Part shown: positions 50,586 to 60,149 of the stretch, in pieces
Numbering within the stretch: the stretch's first letter is position 1
How the letters are laid out: each line of letters opens with the position of its first letter
Assembly: GCA_037308085.1 (NCBI GenBank)
Contig: CP147779.1
Span: forward strand, 1,600,001-1,664,000
Source: Promethearchaeati archaeon SRVP18_Atabeyarchaeia-1
GTDB lineage: Archaea > Asgardarchaeota > Atabeyarchaeia > Atabeyarchaeales > Atabeyarchaeaceae
Reading direction: 5' to 3'
Length of the DNA: 64,000 nucleotides
Made by a program: the position numbers and the translations under genes
The notes under the pieces: model-generated
What the model was told of the DNA's origin: nothing
The model's input: only the letters and a program-made list of their open reading frames with translations
Databases searched by the model: none

Positions 50586-50755
50586 ATAACCACACTCTAC
50601 CTTAAAAATAGTAAAGGAATTGATCCCCTTACTTCCCGCTCGACCTCTATCAAGTGCTATGGCTTCTGATACCTATATCTGAAAAGGGGTGTCTCAACTT
50701 TGTGACGGAAACGTAGACGACTCATCTATTCGACGGCATCCTTCATGTCTTCATC
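50586..50755. repeat. 170-bp direct repeat, copy 2 (contains orphan 3' tail of the 47033 gene, 50657-50755)
   Basis: Near-identical to 46962-47131. Confidence 0.92.
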
Positions 50756-51059
50756 TTCCATATGTCGCTATCACGCTCCTGCTAGAAAAACCGTCTTTCC
50801 CTGAGAAAAAGGAGACCGCTGAAGGTTCCAAGGCTTCAAGATACTTCCTGCAATGTACTCAGGTTTGCTGAATGCAACTTATCTGTGCTGGGAGTGGTAA
50901 TTTTTGCTGTTGCTTGTTTTATTGCTTCGACTGCCAGCGGAGGCAAATATGAACGCGTTGGTGAACGAAGGGCCAGACGTTGGATGAAAGAGTGTTCTTG
51001 AATTTCAACGTTAAAGGCACATTTCTAGGTTCTTGAGGGTGATCGGTGATGCCTCTTTT

Positions 51060-52154
51060 TCAAAGAGAGGATCTGAGCAACTTTGAGATCTTTTCGATCT
51101 TGTCTTGTGTGCCGGTCGATGGAATCTTCTCCCATCCGCCTTTTGTTTCGAAGGTGCTTTCGCCGGGCTTCTTCCTCCACACTTCGAGAAGATCTTTTAT
51201 GCTGTCGGGATTATAGTTCCCGTATCTCTTGGATAGTTCAGGTATGACTTTTGGCAAGACTCTCAAGAAGGATCGAAGCGCGATCGCGGTCTTGATGCTG
51301 TAGTCATGATTGTTCCACGCGTGTGGAAAAACCTCTTCGGCTATGACTTTGAAGTACTGAACCAGAAAATTGCCCAAGTATGGCTTTATCGAAGACCAGC
51401 TGCTTGGAGCCTTAGCCATTTCAGCAACAAGCTGTTTGAACTCTGCACCTAGGGCCGATAGGCTTACCCATCCCTTTTCTTCACCGGTTATCTTGACTTT
51501 CTGATATAATGGCGAGTTCGACTCGAGTGCAAGAGGCTTCAGGTAATCATGTGCTGGTATGATCCACTTTAGTTCTTGCACCAAGTTCTCATAGTCTTTC
51601 ATTCTGGGTGCCAATTCGAAATATAGCGAGGTTGGTATCCTAGTTTGCTTCGAATTTATCATCACAAATAGTGCGGCCATATCTTCGTCTCTCAGGCTAT
51701 CCATAATGATTGTGGGAACAGTTATGTCAAATCTCGACTTATTCTTTTTCAGAAGGTTTTGTAGTGCAACGAATCTGTGCTGGCCGTCAAGGACCTCGAA
51801 CAGGTATTTCTTATTCGGCAGCGTTAATTCATTCTTGTCGAACTCTAGCTCTTGATGAGTGACCAATATCAGCGTGCCCGGAAAAGCGGGGATAGGTGCG
51901 CCCTTCGAACATTCCTGGAAGTATCTCATCAGTTCTTTTATTTTCTTTGCCTTTATGGGTCTCTGAAATGCTTTTGAACTTTTCATTATACGCGACCAGT
52001 CTATTACGCCCTCTTTTCTCTTCTTGACTTCGAATCCCAAAGATTCGTAGGAGATCATCTGTAATTTCACTAGGTTGTCCAACCGGGATGCTTTAATCGG
52101 CGAGAAGTAAAGGTATTTCCCAAATTGTTCTATTTTAAAAGCTGGTTCTTTCAT
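51060..52154 (-). CDS. DGQHR domain protein (DndB/ParB-like superfamily)
   Basis: FQR, VLDGQHR, LFVMINSKQ. Confidence 0.9.
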   Translation of the reverse strand: MKEPAFKIEQFGKYLYFSPIKASRLDNLVKLQMISYESLGFEVKKRKEGVIDWSRIMKSSKAFQRPIKAKKIKELMRYFQECSKGAPIPAFPGTLILVTHQELEFDKNELTLPNKKYLFEVLDGQHRFVALQNLLKKNKSRFDITVPTIIMDSLRDEDMAALFVMINSKQTRIPTSLYFELAPRMKDYENLVQELKWIIPAHDYLKPLALESNSPLYQKVKITGEEKGWVSLSALGAEFKQLVAEMAKAPSSWSSIKPYLGNFLVQYFKVIAEEVFPHAWNNHDYSIKTAIALRSFLRVLPKVIPELSKRYGNYNPDSIKDLLEVWRKKPGESTFETKGGWEKIPSTGTQDKIEKISKLLRSSL

Positions 52155-52695
52155 CTATTCTTATCACCCAGCCCGGGGGAATCTGAATGGTACCGCCAAT
52201 AAGATCATTACAGGTTTTACACGCGGTGGCAAGATTCTGCGGATCAGACTTGCCGTGAAGTGCTCGTGGAACTATGTGGTGGATTTGTAGATCATTCTCA
52301 CTTCCACAGTATCTGCATCTATGGTTGTCTCTCTGAAGAATTGAATTCTTTGTGATGATGTCAAAGTCCTCAGAGCCGGCAAAAATTATCTTCCAGATTA
52401 GATGCAGAATCTCGATTTCGTAGTCATCTAATATGAGGTAGTCGATGCCAGTTCTACGCTTCAATTCCTCTCGAAAACTCTTCAGGCTTTCGTCTTTCGG
52501 TCCCAGTCTTGTCAAGAACAGCAACCTTTGTTTCTCTTTCTCACCTCTTAGCCAAAGTCTGATGCTTCTTACTTTCTGAAGCCTGATATATCTCAGCACT
52601 TCAAGAAGTTCTGGTATACTGTCCTCAGGGTTACCCCATCTCTTGAGCAGGTCTGCGATCTCCTCCTCTTTCGAGGTGCTTCCCTCCATGTCCAT
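52135..52695 (-). CDS. HNH endonuclease
   Basis: RDNHRCRYCG..LQIHHIVP..G....NLATACKTCN. Confidence 0.9.
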   Translation of the reverse strand: MDMEGSTSKEEEIADLLKRWGNPEDSIPELLEVLRYIRLQKVRSIRLWLRGEKEKQRLLFLTRLGPKDESLKSFREELKRRTGIDYLILDDYEIEILHLIWKIIFAGSEDFDIITKNSILQRDNHRCRYCGSENDLQIHHIVPRALHGKSDPQNLATACKTCNDLIGGTIQIPPGWVIRIDERTSF

Positions 52696-53112
52696 CGCGC
52701 TTGACTCAATAAGTCGTGTTAGGCAAAGAAGGTATAAAAGTGTTAAGATGTCGAGGTGTCAACTGGAGATGTGGAGGTGAAAGACAGCATTGATGCGATT
52801 CGCAACCTAGATTCGAGGATGGCAAACTTCCAAATCAAGTATAAGCCATTATCATTCACAGAAGGGCAAGAACTAGTTTCAAAAGCCTTGAACGTTTTGT
52901 CGTCGAATAAGGAACCTGATAACAGCTAGAATACATCAAACCTATTGGCGCTTTGGCTAATAGTTTAGTCGCATTCCTAACAGTCGTCACACTTGCCAGG
53001 TTCATGCTTGAGACGCTTAACCTCGCTTCTCTCATTATCACCAAGTATGCATGCCCACACAGAAGTGTTCTCCCCCCCAGAAACACCGATTGAACTTGAA
53101 TCCGGCGCTGTT

Positions 53113-54303
53113 TTAGGTTGTGATCTTGCCTCTCGTCCCAAGTATAAGCTTAGTGATTTCCGCGGTATCGATTCCTCTATTAAGGAATTTTCCTAGCAAG
53201 TCAAATAGGTCAATCGTTGTCATCAGGCAGAAGTTGTTCCCATCCGCTATCCGAATGGCGTCTTTCGTGAAAGGATCTCCACGCTTCTCTGGTTCCACCT
53301 CACGAAAGTGGTTAAGCACAAATACGCCTTTAGCTTCCTTGCCGCTCTTTATTCCCTTCATGTAGTGATCAAGCAGCTGCCTCAAGTCATCATTATTGGC
53401 GGTTCCCTTTAACCCCTTGACTTCGACTATCCCGAGCGTCCCATCGAGATCCAGCTCGATGTCATGCTGCCCTTCCCGCTCCTTCCACTTCCCTTTGATA
53501 CCTGTTTTCCTAAGAAGAAGATACACGGAATATGAGAGCTGGTCTCCATAGGAGTAAACCACTTGTCTCAGTGATTTAAATTCACCTAACTGCTTCTCCA
53601 TTTCAGTGACTTTTTTGCGAAGATCTTTTTCGCCTGGAAGCAAGTATTGACCGACCCATTTAGGCTCCTCAACCAGATCTCTCTGAGGCATGTAATTTGA
53701 CTTGATCATATTCAATACCACGCGCAGAAACTTCGGCAGATCCGCTTTCGAGTTTTCCAGATTGGGCAAGAAGAAAACCCTAGCGCCAGAGTTAAGCTTT
53801 ATCTCATAGGATACGGCGAGTCCGGGATTGTTCTTGGCTATGACAAGGCGCTCAGGATAATTATTCTTTAGGTGCCATAACCAGTTGAACTTGAAGTTTC
53901 TGAGGGCAGCTGAGAGCGGATGTTTGCGATTAAGTTTGATCACTTCGCCTTCCTTTTCCTCGACTTCTGGCAAGCGAGCAGGAAAAACGTCTTCAGGAAT
54001 AGTTCCGATTGGGAACACAACCAAAGCCCCAGGCATCGAGAGAAATCTTTGAAACTCACTCTTGGTCTTTTCCAACGCAGATTTGATCTTATACTCTGAA
54101 TATTTATTAATGTCCTTGTGAAGTAATTCGAACGTGCGACTGAGGCCTTTCTCGCAAAGGAAGATTATGTCATAATCGTACAGCGTTGGTGCGTCAAGAA
54201 GATCAGGATTGTAATATAACTCTTCGTCCTTGGCTAGCTTCAGCTCTCCGATGCTGAATTCCTCAATGCGAGGTACTCCAATGAAAAGGATTCTGTAGTT
54301 CAC
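53113..54303 (-). CDS. Protein with C-terminal restriction-endonuclease-like PD-(D/E)XK domain
   Basis: HDIEL..IVEVKG..DLRQL, KGVFVLNHFR. Confidence 0.78.
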   Translation of the reverse strand: MNYRILFIGVPRIEEFSIGELKLAKDEELYYNPDLLDAPTLYDYDIIFLCEKGLSRTFELLHKDINKYSEYKIKSALEKTKSEFQRFLSMPGALVVFPIGTIPEDVFPARLPEVEEKEGEVIKLNRKHPLSAALRNFKFNWLWHLKNNYPERLVIAKNNPGLAVSYEIKLNSGARVFFLPNLENSKADLPKFLRVVLNMIKSNYMPQRDLVEEPKWVGQYLLPGEKDLRKKVTEMEKQLGEFKSLRQVVYSYGDQLSYSVYLLLRKTGIKGKWKEREGQHDIELDLDGTLGIVEVKGLKGTANNDDLRQLLDHYMKGIKSGKEAKGVFVLNHFREVEPEKRGDPFTKDAIRIADGNNFCLMTTIDLFDLLGKFLNRGIDTAEITKLILGTRGKITT

Positions 54304-55501
54304 CTGCCAGCCTCCAAATCTCTGTTAGGGTAACTATGAGACTAGTTACCGCACCTTGCCAATCGAGTTTCGAACACGCATATGATCCTCTAGACCAGTA
54401 CCGTCCCGCCCCACAAGAGATTCCTCTCACTCAGCAATATACGAGTCCAATATATATAGTTGGGTAGAGCGCCAAGAAAACTGAAGACACGTCAGAACAA
54501 CGAGTAAGACTTACCTCCTCCATCAACCTTCTTGATTTCGCGTCTGAGTCGCTTTACCTATTTTGAGGGTCTTATCAGCTTAGATGCCTTTGGCGGTTAT
54601 CTCTGAAAGGTTGAAAGGTTTGATCATCCATATTCGATCCTGCCTATCTGCTCACATGCGTCTCCATCTCAGCATCCATCTAATTTCTATTTGAATTCAA
54701 CAATCCAGTCTACCCGTTTCCGACCAGAGAACCAAATTCACTTATAAAAGCGCTAATATAAGCTACATAGCTATAGGCATCCGTTTAGGTAGGCATTTCT
54801 GACCCCAACAGCCTACCCTTCTCACGTCAAAAACCCTTCCTAATTAGCCAAAACAATTCAAATCAATTCGACTATTATTCCTCACTCTGACCCGAATAAT
54901 CCTGATTTATCTTCATTCGATGCAGGATAATAACCTAATTCATGTTCTTCTCTTGATTTCAAGACAATATCCTCTGCCTCTGGTCTCTCCAAATTCAATT
55001 TGCCACGGGCAAATGGACAGCTTCATCTGTGGATAGACTCTCCCCTTCATGCTTCGCTCTCCACTTCGAGACCAGACATCTTGATGCCCAACAATATTCA
55101 CTCATGTGAATTCGCCTAGAATGATCGCGTTGCTGCAGTGGCACAGAAAGCGCTGGATAGAATCGCTTAAAGAAGCTGGGAATCGAGGAACTCCGCTGAA
55201 GTTTAAGATCTCCTGAAACAGAATGAGAGGGGCTGTAGCTAAGCCTTCGACCATCTTCCTCTTCTTTCGTTTCTGTTCAGCTCAACTGCCTTTCTCAAGT
55301 CCTCCACGAAGTCGCTCCACTCAAATCCCATGCAGGTCCCTGTTTCTCTGGTGCGCTCCCTATACAATGTTATAATTGGTGATGATGCATAATTGGGGAG
55401 ATTTATGGATGTCGCAATGCCTCCACAAGGGATATATCACACGCCCGACGACTAGAGAAGCGAATATTCCAGCTGAGAAATGAGGGGGAACGGCCGACAG
55501 C

Positions 55502-55597
55502 ATGAGTGCAGGAAATGATGATTTCGAGAAGGGCCGATGCTGGGCACAATACACATTCATGGAAGACGAGCTGCTCGACTTCATGTGTGAACCATAG
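55502..55597 (+). pseudogene. 5' fragment homologous to the 47033-47884 gene
   Basis: FEKGRCWAQYTFMEDELLDFM versus FEKGLCWTLYGYYETDLIRFF. Confidence 0.6.
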
Positions 55598-55617
55598 CTC
55601 GTGGAGGGGTTCCATAA

Positions 55618-56871
55618 TTGCCGAGTACTGAGACAGGTGTGCACGAGGCCGCGAATAGGAGCAAAATAACCAGAATCAAGACAGAAGATGAAGAGAAGGA
55701 GGGGAACGCACTCGAACACGCCCCGAAGGGTCGTCGGGCTCGGCGAGAAAAGAAGCCAAGCGAAGACGAAAACAGAGAGGCATTAAGAAGGCAGACCACT
55801 CAACTGGGCGAAACTGATTCAGATGCAAGACTAGATGAGTTTCTGCTGAAGAATAAGGAAAAGGCCGATTTGACGTTTGCACCCTATGCGATCGGTCTTC
55901 TGATACTCGCACTACTGGTAGCTGATTTGCCTTTTCCACTACCGTACTTGGCTGTTATCGGATACGTTCCGATATTCTATGTGTTGAGGAGAATTGTTCT
56001 ATCGCAGATCGTTAAGACGAGATTGGAGAAGTATTATAATCTAGTAGCTGATGTTTTGTATACGCAATCCGGCGGAAAGCAGATCTTCTGGACCCAGGTA
56101 GTTCTCAAGCTATCAACTCCCGAAGAGATTCTGCCAGATAGCAAACTGTTAGAACTTCTGAAGTCGTCTAGCACACGTGCCTCAAGATCTGAAGCAGGAC
56201 AATTCGCAGAGATTTACGAACGAATTAGAGATGGTAGAGTGCGATCTCTCTTTGCGGAGACGCCTGACCACAAATATCACGTGCTTTTCGTCGAGTACGC
56301 TAATGGCAATGACCATCCCTCTCCGATCAGTGCCAAGACAAGATTTGGAAGGACTTCTGTCAACGCTTTTCGCAAGAACTTGTGGTATGTAGGGAACTAT
56401 CGTCTTTATGATATCCCTGAGTCGAATAGCATCGGAGACCAAGTGCTCGTTTTCTCGGGTCGGAAAGATGCTTCTCCCTTAAGACTAGTGATGCCAAACC
56501 TAGTTGAGACTTTGTTCATGATCGCTAATCTCAACCGGATTAGGCAGGAGAAAAGTCTCGCGCTCTTGAAAGCCAAGAACGAGTCGCTTCGCGCCGCGGT
56601 TGAGGCGCTGGAAGAGCATCAGAAGGCGATAGATGCTATATTGAGTAGTTCGAGAAAGGTTTCACGAGTACTGGACGAGAGGCTCCTCACGAAGATAGAC
56701 ACTTCACCGACACGAGCAGAACTTGAAGTTAAGCCAGTTGGTAGATTCGATATGCTTGTGAGCCTAGTCAAACGTTCATCTAAGTGGTTCTTTCTCACTA
56801 TTGCGGGATTGATCATCGTAATAGTATTCGGACCATATTTGTCTTCGCTTATTTCTCATTGGTTAACATGA
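55618..56871 (+). CDS. Hypothetical membrane protein with coiled coil
   Basis: Two N-proximal TM, coiled coil, C-terminal TM. Confidence 0.7.
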   Translation: MPSTETGVHEAANRSKITRIKTEDEEKEGNALEHAPKGRRARREKKPSEDENREALRRQTTQLGETDSDARLDEFLLKNKEKADLTFAPYAIGLLILALLVADLPFPLPYLAVIGYVPIFYVLRRIVLSQIVKTRLEKYYNLVADVLYTQSGGKQIFWTQVVLKLSTPEEILPDSKLLELLKSSSTRASRSEAGQFAEIYERIRDGRVRSLFAETPDHKYHVLFVEYANGNDHPSPISAKTRFGRTSVNAFRKNLWYVGNYRLYDIPESNSIGDQVLVFSGRKDASPLRLVMPNLVETLFMIANLNRIRQEKSLALLKAKNESLRAAVEALEEHQKAIDAILSSSRKVSRVLDERLLTKIDTSPTRAELEVKPVGRFDMLVSLVKRSSKWFFLTIAGLIIVIVFGPYLSSLISHWLT

Positions 56872-57045
56872 CTCACACACAAGTTTCCCCATCTTTGGAT
56901 TCTCCTCGACGGTCTCGAAAGGTTTCCCGGATATCCTAGCGCCGTACCGTGCTGTGGCGAAGTCCTAGGTTTGAAAATAGACGAGAATACCTAGGAAAGG
57001 AGGAGGCTTCAAATAGCCAGAGTCCTGAGGAGCGAGAAAGTATGC

Positions 57046-57408
57046 ATGGAGGGATATCAGATGTCTATCTTTGAGGATATGACTAACGCTGAAAGGGAAG
57101 TTGCAGGGTTCCTCTCAGATCTTCGCATCTGGTGGACGTTCCAACAACCAGTCTGCGTGGAAGACGAGAAAAGCAGGCCAAGGATTTGGAGCCCAGACTT
57201 CTACCTATCTGAGCTCGGGCTGTACATTGAAGTTTGCGGTTCTGAGCGCTTTGACTACTCCTACCGCGAGAAAATCTATAAGGCAAACAGGATACCTGTG
57301 ATCTTTGTACACCTTTACAAGGAAGGGGCAAAGTGGTCCTACTTTCTGATCCAGCGGATCAAGGAAATCCATGCCATGCGGTCAGGGATCATCGATAAAT
57401 TGGTCTGA
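57046..57408 (+). CDS. Small PD-(D/E)XK nuclease-like protein
   Basis: AEREVA, SPDFYL..LGLYIEVCG. Confidence 0.75.
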   Translation: MEGYQMSIFEDMTNAEREVAGFLSDLRIWWTFQQPVCVEDEKSRPRIWSPDFYLSELGLYIEVCGSERFDYSYREKIYKANRIPVIFVHLYKEGAKWSYFLIQRIKEIHAMRSGIIDKLV

Positions 57409-57561
57409 GCGTGCGCTGAGAAAGAGGGTGGTTGGTTCTTTTGCTGTTGACATTTTCGCGCAGCTAAATAACGTTTACTTCATGTCCTCGCGAACAGTTA
57501 GAAGCCTCTAGCGATTCAGCTCCGTCACCATTTCCCCTCTGGAAAATAGTGACACTGTGCA

Positions 57562-58086
57562 CTAGCGCGCGTGCCAGTTGGTCAACTCTCTCAACTTCCG
57601 TCGATAAGTCTTCTGGTGACCATGAGATGGGAATGGCAGAGCTTCCTCGTTTCGAATCCTTTTGTCGAGACCGGCTTCTTCAATTGCGTCTCTCACAGGG
57701 GCAAATATGTTAGATTTCACGATAAGAATACTTTCAGGATCTAGCTCCCGTGTGTCAGCGACAAGTCTAGGTATTCCCTCGATGATAGCGCGTCTTCTCT
57801 CCATCGGCTTAAGCTTGTTGACGGGCTTATAGCTTACATCGACGACGAAAAAACCTCGCGACTGAAACTCTTTCAGGCAAGGCCTCTTGTCGAGACCCGT
57901 TGGCATTTTCTTATTTTCGGGGAAAATTCCAAGGGCTTTCATAGTCTCTCTGAAAAGGCTGTCCGCTCCTGCTGTCTGATCGGAATAGAAATATCCTCCA
58001 CAGTAGGGAGGAGACTCGGCGATGAGTAGAATCTTCACCCGTCCGTGCGGCTTATACTTGTCCCTTGCGAGAATGTACTCACGCAT
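57562..58086 (-). CDS. Uracil-DNA-glycosylase-like superfamily protein
   Basis: YKP..VKILLIAESPP, LPFPSHGHQ; likely start at ATG 58086. Confidence 0.75.
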   Translation of the reverse strand: MREYILARDKYKPHGRVKILLIAESPPYCGGYFYSDQTAGADSLFRETMKALGIFPENKKMPTGLDKRPCLKEFQSRGFFVVDVSYKPVNKLKPMERRRAIIEGIPRLVADTRELDPESILIVKSNIFAPVRDAIEEAGLDKRIRNEEALPFPSHGHQKTYRRKLRELTNWHAR

Positions 58087-58187
58087 AACGTTTATGGTAT
58101 TCGTTCTAACTGAAATAATTGACGCTCTATGCTTTGGTTCTGCAGAAATCGGGTGCGCGCGAACCGGTTGGAAGGGAAGAACTCGAG

Positions 58188-59114
58188 TTACCGAAAGATT
58201 CCATTTTCTCTTAGCTTCTTGTTCATGCACCACTCTCTGAAGACATCGATTTCCCAAGGCAGTGGCAATGGATGCCCTGAGAAAGTACGGTATTCCCTGA
58301 TCCCATTAATATATTCGATTCTGGCCTCTATCCTATTTGCCGGAATCGCGCAATTAGAAAGCAGACTCTGGTCCACTCTGTGGTCCCTTGCTTCCAACTT
58401 GGAATCAGCACCAGCCCAGTTGTCGAACCAAGTTCGTTCAACCCTAACAGCATAGACAACTGGGTAGTGTGTCTTGACCATCTTACTATACTTTCCGTGT
58501 ATCGGCGGCAATCCGTTTAATAGCCCTTCGAGATACTTGTCATCGTTGGCTCTCTTCAGCCATTCCTGAAGTTGTCTGTAATTGAGAACTGCCGGATCTG
58601 AAGAGTACCTTTTCTGAAGTTCCTCCTCATGCTTAAGGTAGTAGGCGATCTTAGGTGGTATAGATGAGAGCTTGCGCAGCAGTTCTTGCTTGTATGCCAA
58701 GCAAGTGTTCTCATTGAGTACAAGATCCTTGAAATCCTCTACTGCAGTTATGATGCTGTCTATCGTTTCTCCTCCACGGTTCCTTGCATAGTTCCTAGCT
58801 CTCCAGAAGCTTTGATCAAAGCTTGCATATTTCCGCCCCGGGTATTGGTCTATCACGCCCAACGTGTAAGGGCGCAACACTGAGTATCCCGAACTCTCTG
58901 TGTAGCCGATGGACTCATATGCGTTGCATACTGTCTTGACATCGTTCATATCATAAGGTGTATCGTTCGCAACCCATCCCCGTTTCTCTATCTTCTCGAC
59001 GAAGACGCTACTTGTCCCGTGATAGACTATCTTGGGATCGTCGTACATCTCTTTCTCTAGAGGATAGACGATACAATTGGGGTCATCGATCCGCAATACC
59101 ATAATCTTCTTCAA
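58188..59114 (-). CDS. Hypothetical protein, possible ADP-ribosyltransferase fold
   Basis: VYHGTS..IEKRG, ARNYA, VVYAV, IPANRI. Confidence 0.55.
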   Translation of the reverse strand: MKKIMVLRIDDPNCIVYPLEKEMYDDPKIVYHGTSSVFVEKIEKRGWVANDTPYDMNDVKTVCNAYESIGYTESSGYSVLRPYTLGVIDQYPGRKYASFDQSFWRARNYARNRGGETIDSIITAVEDFKDLVLNENTCLAYKQELLRKLSSIPPKIAYYLKHEEELQKRYSSDPAVLNYRQLQEWLKRANDDKYLEGLLNGLPPIHGKYSKMVKTHYPVVYAVRVERTWFDNWAGADSKLEARDHRVDQSLLSNCAIPANRIEARIEYINGIREYRTFSGHPLPLPWEIDVFREWCMNKKLRENGIFR

Positions 59115-59261
59115 GGTCGTATCAGTCCTGCTTCTGCCGATTCACATAAAGTGGGATAGCCGAAAGCCCAGCTCTTGCAGGGGCATGAGCAACTTCTCTT
59201 GCTCCAGCTTTCGGTCTCTTGGTAGAGAAGCACGAATCCTTCCTGGTTCTCCTGAGCTCAG

Positions 59262-60128
59262 TCATGTCTGCTTTGCCTTCTCATCATCATTATCAGAAAT
59301 CGATGAAGAGAAGTCATTGATGGCTTTGTCGATCACGCTGCAGACTTCGTCGAAGGTCTCAACGATCCCCATGCTTTCATTGTATTCACCCGGCTTAACC
59401 TCCAAATCAGGATACCTCGTGTAGGATTCATGGGGAAAGGTAATCACAGACAGCAAAAGGAGCAGTACACCACCTAGCATGTCCTTGATAAGTCGATACG
59501 ACCAGTCGGTCTCCTTTCTTTGAAGAGACTTCTCTCTGAAGATGCGAAGTGTCTTTGACTGCTCTTCATCACCAGGATATCTTACTTCTGACAGTAATGT
59601 CGTGAGCTGCGGAAGCACCTTACCCATCACCTCAGGCACTTCACTTGACAGCTGCGTACAAACATCCAGCAACCTCTTAATCTCCTTTCCAGGCAACCTA
59701 GCAAATTGGCTCGACCTGCTCGTAACCAAATCTTCGAGTACGAGAGGCCCTCGAGTACCCGAAAACACTAGCTCGGTCACATCGGCGAGTTTTCTCCCGA
59801 TCTCCTTGTCTAATATCTTTGAAAAAGCGAGCGGAGAAAGATGACCAACATCCCGAAGTTCGCTCTTGTCGATGAACAAGGATTCAAGTGCCCAAGCTTT
59901 CGCAGCTTTTTCAACACTCTGCTGAACGTGGTACACTGCCAGATTGTAGATACTATTAGCGCGGAGCAATTTCGCAGATTCGAGGTCTTGTCGAGCAAGA
60001 TCTAGTAAGCTCCGAATCAACCCAAGCTCATCTGAAGATCTGACTCTTATAAAATCGTAGAGATCCTTGATTACAGGGGAACTCAATACCTTAGCGATCA
60101 TAGCAAACAACTTATCTTGAGATATCAT
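59262..60128 (-). CDS. HEPN domain protein
   Basis: ARQDLESAKLL..AVYHVQQSVEKAAKA, GH, TRYPD. Confidence 0.85.
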   Translation of the reverse strand: MISQDKLFAMIAKVLSSPVIKDLYDFIRVRSSDELGLIRSLLDLARQDLESAKLLRANSIYNLAVYHVQQSVEKAAKAWALESLFIDKSELRDVGHLSPLAFSKILDKEIGRKLADVTELVFSGTRGPLVLEDLVTSRSSQFARLPGKEIKRLLDVCTQLSSEVPEVMGKVLPQLTTLLSEVRYPGDEEQSKTLRIFREKSLQRKETDWSYRLIKDMLGGVLLLLLSVITFPHESYTRYPDLEVKPGEYNESMGIVETFDEVCSVIDKAINDFSSSISDNDDEKAKQT

Positions 60129-60149
60129 TGAGACGAGTCCCCCTCAATA

